Origin: Rhizaria sp. SCN 62-66
Lineage: Eukaryota
Direction: 5' to 3'
NCBI GenBank assembly: GCA_001724265.1
Contig: MEDY01000347.1
Span: forward strand, 1-32,001
DNA length: 32,001 nucleotides
The notes beneath the pieces were generated by a model, which was not told the origin of the DNA, made no database searches, and worked only from the letters and a program-made list of their open reading frames with translations. Position numbers and translations under genes: made by a program. Positions 23,380 to 32,001 of the stretch are shown here, in pieces (positions within the stretch are counted from its first letter, which is position 1; every line of letters starts with the position of its first letter).

Positions 23380-25023
23380 TTACCACCCATGCCCGCGGCC
23401 TTTACCGGCCTCCTTGCCCTTGCCCGCGGCGTCCGCCTGGTCCTCGCCCTCGCGCACCTTGGCCCGCGCCTCCTCGCCCTCCTTGCGCACGTCGCGCCAC
23501 TTGCGGCCGCGCTTGCCCTCGCGCACGACGAGCACGTCACAGTCGCAACCTCGCGCCACGGCGTCGCTGAAGGTGCCCAGCAGCAGCCGCGAGAGCGCGC
23601 CCTTGTGGCCCGATCCCACGACGACGAGGTCGGGGTCCACCGTTTTGATCAGCTGCCGCGCCGCCGCAATCGGTGTCACCGTTGGGCTCGAGTGGAATAC
23701 GATGAACGGTCCCTTGCAAGCGCCCGCCGCTGGCTCACTCCCCGCCGAGACCGTGATTGCGTTGGGGCACAGGATCGCGAGCCGTTGCTTCATCACGCCG
23801 ATGACAGGGTCGGCGGCGACTGCAGCTTCCAGCGCGGCGGCGTCGGCCTCGGCCTCGGCGCGCTGCAGCTTCTGCCGCTGCTCGTGCAGAGTCAGCGGAC
23901 GGCCCTTCTTCGCAGCAGCAGCGGCGGCAGTGGCGGCGCTGTTACTACCACTGGTTGAGCTGGGTGAAGGAGACTCCGTGGCGCTAGTACTGTGGGCCAC
24001 AGAGTCGCGAGCAGCCTTCTCCTTGGCGGCAAGGGCGTCGCCGGTGAAGTCGACAGTGAAACCCACTCCAGGGGTGATCGAGTCAAACGTGCCTTGATAA
24101 CTACTCTCGTAGCCACTTGAGCTCACACTCGCCGCCGCATCAGCGCCGTTGGCTTGAGACTTGTTTCCGGTCTTGACGCTGATGAATTGAACACCGTCCT
24201 TGTTGCTGCTCTCCTTGCTCTCATTCAGGTTGATGCTGATGATTCTGTTCCCAAGCGTATTACCGCCGCCACCACTCAGTGGCGCCGAACTCGACTGCTG
24301 CTGCTGATGCTGCTGTTGGCCGTAGGCAGTGTTGGACCAGTGCACGGCGTGGACCGTGTCGCCGTCGCGCGCGGACGCCACGGCGGCGTCGAACGCGCCC
24401 TGCGCCGCCTCGCTGCCGTCACAGAAGACGACGATGACGCGCGGGAACGCGCGCAGCGCGCCAGGCGGCGGCGGCGGCAGCGGCGGCGCGGGGGCCAGCG
24501 AAGCCAGCGACGGCAGATGCGGGAGGGACGGCAGGGAAGGACCGCCGCTGCCGGGGGCGGGCGCGGTCGGGGAGGGGGCGAAACGCTCCAGGAGCGACTC
24601 GGCGACGGCGGAGACGGAGGCGGACTCGGAGTCGGCGGCCGGCGACGCGACGTTGGCATGGGCGTTGCCGTCGCTATTACTGTCCTCGAAGGAAGCGATG
24701 GCGACGAGAGCGCCGCTACCGAGCAAGGCTGCAACAGAGGAAGCGGTGCGGCGACCCTCAGAGCTGTTGTAACCACCATGGCTATTGTTGCTGGAGCTGT
24801 GGCCCCTGCCGTGACCGTTGTTGTGCGTCTTATTAACTGAGAGCGTGGTACGACTGTCAATCGGATTCGCGCCACGGATAGCACTGACGCGGCGGCTACC
24901 TGTCTGGAGTGATGTGGGAATCATGGGACGTGCCAACGTGGTACTTGCCAGAGTTTTAGCTCTACTGAACAGAGGACGCGCCGAGCGAACGAGAGCAGAT
25001 CGCATGGCTAAAGACGAAAACAT
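23380..25023 (-). CDS. Universal stress protein (UspA-domain) with mitochondrial-type presequence and possible TM anchor (547 aa)
   Basis: UspA N-terminal motif VIVVFCDGSEAAQGAFDAA..TVHAVH and C-terminal motif DLVVVGS...SRLLLGTFSDAVARGCDCDVLVVR. N-terminus MFSSLAMRSALVRSARPLFSR resembles a presequence. Ends at TAA. Confidence 0.85.
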   Translation of the reverse strand: MFSSLAMRSALVRSARPLFSRAKTLASTTLARPMIPTSLQTGSRRVSAIRGANPIDSRTTLSVNKTHNNGHGRGHSSSNNSHGGYNSSEGRRTASSVAALLGSGALVAIASFEDSNSDGNAHANVASPAADSESASVSAVAESLLERFAPSPTAPAPGSGGPSLPSLPHLPSLASLAPAPPLPPPPPGALRAFPRVIVVFCDGSEAAQGAFDAAVASARDGDTVHAVHWSNTAYGQQQHQQQQSSSAPLSGGGGNTLGNRIISINLNESKESSNKDGVQFISVKTGNKSQANGADAAASVSSSGYESSYQGTFDSITPGVGFTVDFTGDALAAKEKAARDSVAHSTSATESPSPSSTSGSNSAATAAAAAAKKGRPLTLHEQRQKLQRAEAEADAAALEAAVAADPVIGVMKQRLAILCPNAITVSAGSEPAAGACKGPFIVFHSSPTVTPIAAARQLIKTVDPDLVVVGSGHKGALSRLLLGTFSDAVARGCDCDVLVVREGKRGRKWRDVRKEGEEARAKVREGEDQADAAGKGKEAGKGRGHGW

Positions 25024-25538
25024 CGGATATCGTCACAAGAAAGTCGCCGAGATTCGCAGAACAACGTGATATTCAATTTATAACGCGTGAAGTTCTACTG
25101 GCAAAGTACAACATGAGAAGGCACAGCGTACATGCGAGTTGTGTTGTGCATTTTGGGAAGTGAGCACGTGGAAGGAAGCGCTGCAATGTGCCAGACAATC
25201 ACATAAAGATATGGCGGGGTTTCCACCATCCACACGACGTATTAAAAGAGGAAGATAATATACACATACAGGGCAGTTACATACAGTTCATAGTTAGGAG
25301 ATTGACGATCCGGATGCGTTGAATTGTCCAAGATTCTTCTGGGCCACAAGCACATCTCGTCCAAGCCAAGTCCCACACCCCAGGCAAGTTTCATTCACAG
25401 ATCCATATATCGCCCACTATGACGAATTATTTTAGTAACTATCGGTTTCTATACTAATATAGATTATTTCCTTGGTCTTATATCTCTTAGACTTCAAAGC
25501 TAGGTGCGCTACAGCTACTTTTGGCTCCACGCATCGAG

Positions 25539-27668
25539 ATGTCTGAGTCCGGCGTTCCGCCCGCACCCGCGGCGTCTACTACGCTCCCCCTCTCGATTGA
25601 CGAGCGTGCGGAGCTCGCTCGCCTCCGACGTGAGAACGCTTTTCTGCGCGCTCGTCTTGACGCCCTTGAGCACTCCACTGTCAGTCCAAACACTGACGAT
25701 TTGCGCAAGGAGACCAACTACGCCACTGCGGCAACTTCTACCACATATTCATCCAACTCAGCCGCTGTATCCGAGCTCGAGCGCGCGGCGAGCGTCTACA
25801 CGCGCGGCCACTCGCTGACCCGGCGCGAGATCAGCCGTTACGGCCGCCAGCTCATCATGCCCGAGCTTGGCGTCGCCGCGCAGTAGCGCTGGCGTAATGG
25901 CTCCGTGCTCGTCATCGGCGCGGGCGGTCTGGGCGCGCCGGTCTGCCTCTACCTCGCGGCTGCCGGGGTGGGCCGGCTCACGGTCGTGGACGACGATGCG
26001 GTGGAGGAGAGCAATCTGCACCGACAGGTGATCCACCGCGAAAGCACGGTGGGCCAGCCCAAAGCGGAGTCGGCCCGCGACGCCTGCGTGGCTTTGAACA
26101 GCACCATCACAGTCACTGCGGTCGTCGCGCGCCTGACCACCGCGAACGCGCTTGCCCTTACTAACGCGCATGACGTGATTATTGACGCGTCTGACAACGT
26201 GGCGACTCGGTATCTGGCTTCGGACGCGGCTGTCCTGGCCGGAAAGCCGCTTGTCTCGGCATCGGCACTGAGGTGCGAAGGGCAGATCACGGTCTACAAC
26301 GCGTTCGCCGACACACCGTGCTACCGTTGCCTCTTCCCCGCGCCGCCGCCCGCGGCCACGGTGCTGAGCTGCGGCGACGGAGGCGTTATGGGGCCCGTCC
26401 CGGGTCTGTTGGGAATCTGGCAGGCGACCGAGGCGCTAAAGGTGCTTGCCAAGGCTCCGGCGAACGAAGTGCTTTCAAGGTACATAACTCGGCCATCATT
26501 TCGCATACTCAACAACTAGAATCGCGATACATGGCGAAACAACCTGTGTCTGCATTATTTACTCTTCGTTTTATTCCTTCTTATTTTATGTTGATGTAAA
26601 ATTCTCACATTGGTTACTTTGCAATCTACACATCTACCTGTGCACTCATCGTATAGGCGTCTCATGTTAATCGACGCTGGTGCAGCCAAGGTGCGCACCG
26701 TCGCCCTCCGGGCCAAGGTCCCCGGCTGCGCTGCATGCGGGTCTCCTTACATCCCCGCTAACGTGCACAAAAACACTCCTGACAATGCGGGCACGGTTAA
26801 CTCTAGCACAGATGTGAACACGGATGGCAAAGTGTGGCTCAGTGAAGAGACTCTGCTGGCAGGTGCTCTGCCGGGGCTTTTGGGCGCTGTATGCCCTGTC
26901 ACAGCCGCGGCTGCTGCTGACGCTGCCGCTGCCGCCGCTGAGGCTGCAGCTCCTGCTGCTGCGACTAGATCCAAGCCCGCGACTGTCGCCGCTGACAATA
27001 CAGAGGCGGCAGCGGCAGCGAAGGCTGAAGCTTTGGCTCTTGGTTGCGAGGGCTACGTTGCCGTCACTGACACTGACAACGACATTAGCAGTTTCAGCAC
27101 CGCCACTGCAGGGATGCGCAATTCTAATAGTGAAAGCAACACTGGGAGTTGTTTGTTTTTCTCAGAGACACCTAAGGACGCGTGGGCACGTGTTACCAGC
27201 AGTGCGGCTTTACTTCTCGACGTCCGCGACGCACCGCAGCGCGCGATATGCTCGCTTCCCCCCGCGTCCGCATTGCAGCACAAGGCGGACGTGCATATCC
27301 CGCTCGCAGCGCTGTCCACCGAGCAGGGCCAGGAGGCGCTGGCGCGCGCTGTCATTGAGTTTCGCGACGCGCGGAGAGAGGCGCGGGCTAAGGGAGCACT
27401 GGCACCGTCTAAGGGTGGCGCTGCGGAGGAGAGCGTGGTGATCGTGGTTGTGTGCAGGAGGGGCGTGTTTTCACGCACAGCTGCCGAGCTCATCGCTAAG
27501 AGCGCACTGGGCACGTGCACGAATAACAATAACGCTCACACGACAGCTTGCCACACTGTCAACGATGGCCGTGCCAGTCGCGCAGTCGCTGTAAGTCTTG
27601 TTGTGAACATGCGGGGCGGACTCGAAGCGTTTGCGAAGCAGATTGACCCCGCGTTTCCACTGTACTGA
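25539..27668 (+). CDS. MOCS3: Adenylyltransferase/sulfurtransferase MOCS3/UBA4 (ThiF/MoeB + rhodanese), ~650 aa; exons 25539-26479 and 26657-27668; in-frame TAG at 25884
   Basis: RYGRQLIMPELGVAAQ*RWRNGSVLVIGAGGLG, VDDDAVEESNLHRQ, DASDNVATRY, CYRC, SCGDGGVMGPVPG, CAACG, LLDVR, rhodanese loop CRRG and the C-terminal GGLEAFAKQIDPAFPLY. Splicing gives LSR-RLMLIDA. Ends at TGA. Confidence 0.93.
26480..26656 (+). other. Spliceosomal intron in MOCS3 (177 nt, phase 2)
   Basis: AG|GTACAT...GTATAG|G boundaries, AT-rich body with in-frame stops; splicing yields the expected LSxRLxLxD segment. Confidence 0.85.
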
Positions 27669-28268
27669 AAGGGGCTGCTCATTGCACTTCATTTTACGAA
27701 CATTAGACGGCGTTGCACATTTGTGAACGCAACTAAGTGATACATAGAACGGCTTATTTATTTCATAGAAAGCGTTATTAAAGCACGTTTACAAGACGAC
27801 AATATGAGATGATTGTATTTGCATTTGCAGGATTTGTGAAATGATGAGTGCCAACATTACAACGTCGTACGTGTGATGGTTTAAGCACTATAGCATATTT
27901 CTCGGGGAATCGTGGATTTGTAAGAATCATCGTCATCAATTGAGACCTCCAACCAGCAGCAACGACAACAGAACATAATTAGAGCCAAAGGAAATAACCA
28001 CACGAGTCTGAAACGCACCGTTCAGGAACGACTTTTCGGTCCGGGTACGCACGGCACGACCAAGCAAGTGTTGTTAATAGTAAATTATCGCCGCGGAAAA
28101 AACGTGAAAAGAAATAAAAGAAACAAAAACAAATGAAATAAAAGAGAGAAACACGATACGGTTCCTCCAACAAAACTCAACACTACATAACACTAACGCA
28201 TGCAGCACGCACGACTACTGCGCGTGACAGCAGCATCTAAAGAAGGGAATTGCACTAACTATTAAGCG

Positions 28269-28284
28269 ACACACACACACACAC
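28269..28284. repeat. Short (AC)n microsatellite
   Basis: acacacacacacacac seen directly in intergenic DNA; a similar imperfect (GT)n tract lies at ~29104-29122. Confidence 0.7.
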
Positions 28285-29193
28285 GCGATACTGGCAGGAT
28301 AACAGCTTTGAAACGGGTGTTGGTTGGTGGAGTGACATGCTTTGCTTTAATATCACGTATCGCTCACAAACGCCAGCATGAGAAACAAAGCGCGACCAAC
28401 AAAGTCGTTGCCGCGTAGCATTTCATGCTGTACGCAAGGTGATGACGTGAATACTGGTGTTTTCATTAAGCAAAACAAAATAATCACTTTACCAGCAATA
28501 CAACAGTCGTTTTCGTCGAACATATACATAGTAGCAAGTCGTAGCGCTACTGAGTATATAGAGACGATACACATGTTATTCAGTCACAGTATGTGCGGTT
28601 GTGATATCAAATGAAACAATAACAGCGAACAAAAAATACGTTTTGCACGCATGCAAAAACACACGACAGAACACAGTGTTATCGACACCGCACAAGATAG
28701 TTGCAAGCAAGTAAAGTGTGGGTGTTGGCTTTGACGTGTGGTGATTTCAAAGCCATGAAACAACGATAAGAAAACAACACTGTCCAAAATTAAGAAATAC
28801 ACCTCTTCGCCTTTGTTATCGCTCGTGAGTTTGACTGTTTTCGACAACAACAGCGAATAGAGTAGATAAAAGACTATTAGAGCGAAAGAAAAAAATTACA
28901 CGTGGCAAGCTTCGAGAATCCACATATGAGAAGCGCTAAGCAAAGCCTCAACACAGGTCATGCGTGCGTAAATAATCCGACTCGGACAGCGACGGCGACA
29001 GCGACGTCACTGCCACCGACACCAACAAGCCCAAGCGCGGCGCTGCCGACGCCTACTCCGGTGGGTTCGCTAAGAGTGGGCATACGCGTGAGGATGGATG
29101 GATGTGTGTGAGTGTGTGTGTGACTAAACGTCGCATTGCCAGTCGACACACACATACACATACATTATCACGGAGGTGTGTACGCCAACATAT

Positions 29194-31334
29194 TTACGCA
29201 GCCTTGGCCTTGCTGCGCGTCACAGCCCCGTGGGTCACACTGACACTAGCACTCAGACTCGCACTCGCGACGCCCATGTTGCTCGCAGGCGTAGTCGTGG
29301 CCGCGGTAGAGCTAGTGCTGGCGTTGGCGCTATGAGAGCTGAAGCTAGGCGTGTTGCTGCTAGAGTTCGTGTTGTTGAGCTTGGCCTCAGCGGCAGCGGC
29401 CTCGGCAAGAGCCTTGCGCTGGTTGTCCTCGTGCTTGCTCCACGCCTGCGTCCGGACAGTTTAAAAGCATCAAATAGAACAAAAGGAGAGACGATGAGCA
29501 AGTTATAGAGATATTTCACGTCAATTCGAAAAATATCCCAATAAATTTGATGAGAGAACACTTTTCACTAAAACACGCTTGCTACAGTCATCTTTGGCTT
29601 TGCAACAAAGCGGTAGATGGCGTACCTGGTTGGTGCCGCACCAGTCGTCCCAGAAGTGCCAGAGCGCACCGAAGTTGTCGACGTTGTGGCTGTGGTGAAA
29701 GTTGTGGTGCGCGCCCTGGTCCGCGAACGGGATCAGCATGAACGGGTTGAACGGGAAGTCGTATCCGCTGTGCACGTACTGTATGTGTGCGAGAACGAGC
29801 AAGCGAGAGTCGATGAGGTGATGATGATTCAAACATACAGTCGTGACTATTTCGTAAATTATACAGAGCAATAACGTGATAGGCTATCATATTTCGACAC
29901 TAAATGTGAGAGATTGACGTACGGCCGAGTGGAAGATCTGCATAGTGGACCAGCACCAGAAGGTGTAGATGTGGAAGTCATCCCAAAACAGGAAAAACGG
30001 CGAGATGCCGGGCAGCGTGGAGGAGAAGAAGGTGTCGATGGGGTGGAAGAACTTGCTGTTGACGACGACGGGGGTGTAGAACGAGTGGTGGTCCTTGTGG
30101 ACCGAATAAAGCTTGGGGTGGTGCAACAGGCGGTGGCCCCAGTAGAAGATGGTCTCGAACAGGAAGCAGCCGATGAGCATCTGGACGCAGCGCACGGGGA
30201 CGCCCGGGATGGAGTCGATGTAGGCCTTGAGCGCCGTCTCGGAGACGTTACGCAGGATGTAGTGCATGCCGAGCGTGGTGACACACGACTGGTACACGTG
30301 CTCGGTGAAGACCCACTGGAAGCCGTGCTTAATCTGCGCGTAGAAGGCCGACGCGGGCTTGCGCGCCTGCGTGATGGCGCGCACGCCGAGCGCGGACGGC
30401 ACGGGGACAGAGGGCGGCACAGGGGGGTCGCCGCGGCGCGCGGCAGCCTCGGCCTCGGCGTTCTCCCACGGCCACACCTGCAGCGAATACTGCTCGAAGA
30501 ACGGGTGCTGGATGTGGTAGATGATGCCGTACACAATGTGAGGGAGCACCCAGGCGCCGTTGAGGATGATGATAGTAAGGGAAACGAGCATGGACTTGTA
30601 GGAGGAGAAGTAGGCCTCGCGCAGCCAGTGCAGGAACGAGACGGGGTCGAAACCGGGCTGTGAAACGTGAGCACAAGCACAGAAATAGTGCGAGCGTGGT
30701 ATGGCGCGGTGCGGCAGTGTGAGTAGGTGTGTAGTCAAGGAACAAAAGAGCGAGGCGGAGACGGGGAAGAGCGAGAGCGCGAAACGGCGAGTCCAGCAAC
30801 AAATTGCGAAGGTCGTGAAGGGGGGCGGCAAAAGAGGGGCAAAAGAGGTATAGATGACAGTGGGAAAGTGAAAAAACAATGCGGGTGTGTTGATGATGAT
30901 ATGGGAAGCACCAAGGTTTGGCGAAAAATAGAAATACAGCGAGAAATATGTGTGCCGATGCGTCGCACGCGAAAGCGGCAAAACGCGCAGAGAGGGTTCA
31001 AAGTGAAGCGAACGCAATTGCCGTACCTGAGCGTGAAAAAGATACATCGCGATCCACGACGCGGCCACCGCCGGCCACTTGCGCACGACGGTCATGTGGC
31101 GGCGATATGAGAGCTACGGTGAACGGGGGAAAGAGAACGAGATGCCGGGGAGGTGAGCCGAGGTGTGGCGGGACAGGCTAAGCAAAGGTCGTGACAGCAA
31201 AAAAACAGTGCCACCAGAGCAGAAATTCGCAAAATACGGAACTATAAATTTCGCAGCACCTATAAAACACCATTGCCGATATCACAGTATTATTAATAAC
31301 TCACTCGCACGGTAGTCCGACGCACTACAACCAT
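29194..31334 (-). CDS. Sterol C4-methyl oxidase (ERG25/MSMO1)-like fatty-acid-hydroxylase superfamily protein, ~418 aa; exons 31334-31305, 31113-31027, 30657-29923, 29778-29626, 29445-29194
   Basis: Three His boxes (YWGHRLLHH, HKDHH, HHNFHH) plus HSGYDFPFNP and NFG...WD..CGT, typical of the MSMO1/ERG25/CH25H group. Four phase-0 GT-AG introns (191, 369, 144, 180 nt). TAA at 29196-29194. Exon 1 is less certain; ATG 31095 is an alternative start. Confidence 0.85.
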
Positions 31335-31560
31335 TCGCCCGATCCAGTCACGCCGCTTTGGAGGTCCAGTAAGAACCGGCGACGACCGAGCTGACCGGCT
31401 GAACCGGACCGAGACAGAGACGGAGTGACCGTGATCAAAGGTAGGTCGTCCTTTTTCAAACGGTTGGAGCTCGGTCGGTTCGGTTGGGCTGGGAGTGAGG
31501 AACAGATGGCGATCTGGAATCGGTGCGAATTGCCTCTTTTCGGACGTGAATAGCTTTAAT
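31335..31560. promoter_or_regulatory. Putative compact bidirectional promoter between the sterol oxidase (-) and CCT5 (+)
   Basis: Head-to-head ATGs ~226 nt apart if exon 1 of the oxidase is correct. Inferred from position only. Confidence 0.5.
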
Positions 31561-32001
31561 ATGGCCGTGAACCCCGATTTCGCCAACCCTCAGGTTGCCT
31601 ACGATGGTACGTCTGCTTCACATAGCCGGGAACAATGATATATTCCCTTCCAATTGCGGCCGTCGTGTGCCTCAACAACGTCTCTTCTTCGTGTCACTTG
31701 CGCACCCCACCAGAGAACTAACCCACGCACCGACACTGATTTGAATCGTGTTAATGTATTCTACACTGTTTTTAATTTTGAAATATGCCGCTTATTCCAC
31801 TATACATCGTTGTCTCCCCCTTCTGATCACATTTCTTTGGGAACCAACCAACTCACACACTCACTCACCTTGACTCGGGCGTTAACAACTAAAATCGTTC
31901 CACAGAGAATGGCCAGCCCTTTATCATCCTCCGTGATCAGGGCAAGCAGCAGCGCCTGCGCGGCATGGAGGCGCACAAGTCTAACATCCTTGCCGCCAAG
32001 A
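31561..32001 (+). CDS. CCT5: T-complex protein 1 subunit epsilon, 5' partial; exons 31561-31606 and 31906->32001
   Basis: Spliced translation MAVNPDFANPQVAYD-ENGQPFIILRDQGKQQRLRGMEAHKSNILAAK matches the CCT5 N-terminal pattern (DEyGrPFlIikDQ...RLxGlEA.KS.I.AAK). Intron 31607-31905 has GTACGT...CACAG boundaries, phase 1. Confidence 0.93.

Noticed and set aside
1160-25886. Pyrrolysine, selenocysteine or programmed leaky readthrough as the explanation for the TAGs
   Set aside because: Pyl is known only from archaea and bacteria, and Sec uses UGA. The TAGs fall at non-catalytic or low-complexity positions, share no 3' context, and three occur in one gene. Leaky readthrough is disfavoured but not formally excluded.
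25539-27668. MOCS3 and the other TAG-containing genes as pseudogenes
   Set aside because: There are no frameshifts and no internal TAA or TGA, and the key motifs and splice sites are retained. Five of five interruptions being TAG is not what random decay predicts.
577-27692. Numerous long antisense and alternative-frame ORFs (e.g. 9226-10977 -, 14392-15993 +, 17002-18765 -)
   Set aside because: These are shadow ORFs expected in very GC-rich coding DNA. They overlap better-supported genes and show no recognisable motifs.
27669-29193. Search for a suppressor tRNA(CUA) or other RNA gene in the longest intergenic region
   Set aside because: No cloverleaf or A/B-box pattern is visible. The region looks like convergent 3' UTRs with A-rich tracts and microsatellites.
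29887-31095. The 402-aa minus-strand ORF as an unspliced gene
   Set aside because: It reads through an intron and lacks the third His box, which lies in the downstream exon 29778-29626.
1-32001. CRISPR arrays, transposons or viral elements
   Set aside because: No regularly spaced direct repeats, terminal repeats, or transposase, RT or integrase motifs were seen. The repeats present are coding low-complexity tracts.

Overview
Gene-dense nuclear DNA from a eukaryotic microbe (GC-rich coding regions, AT-rich intergenic DNA, GT-AG introns of 144-369 nt). Eight protein genes can be supported. In order they are: the 3' end of an unidentified gene; a giant (~4,475 aa) two-TM protein with a degenerate hexosaminidase-D-like GH20 domain; a mitochondrial-type YbeY; a ~1,939 aa unknown low-complexity/coiled-coil protein; a putatively mitochondrial universal-stress (UspA) protein; MOCS3/UBA4; an ERG25/MSMO1-like sterol C4-methyl oxidase; and the 5' end of CCT5. 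The main discovery is an apparent non-standard nuclear genetic code. Five in-frame TAG codons (1160, 1517, 13412, 17191, 25884) sit inside otherwise continuous reading frames of three genes, including the conserved ThiF/MoeB domain of MOCS3, while all seven visible gene ends use TAA or TGA. Local repeat context points to UAG = Gln with UAA still a stop, a rare uncoupling of UAA and UAG. Product calls and family alignments are from recalled motifs, not database searches. No tRNA, rRNA, CRISPR array or mobile element could be supported.
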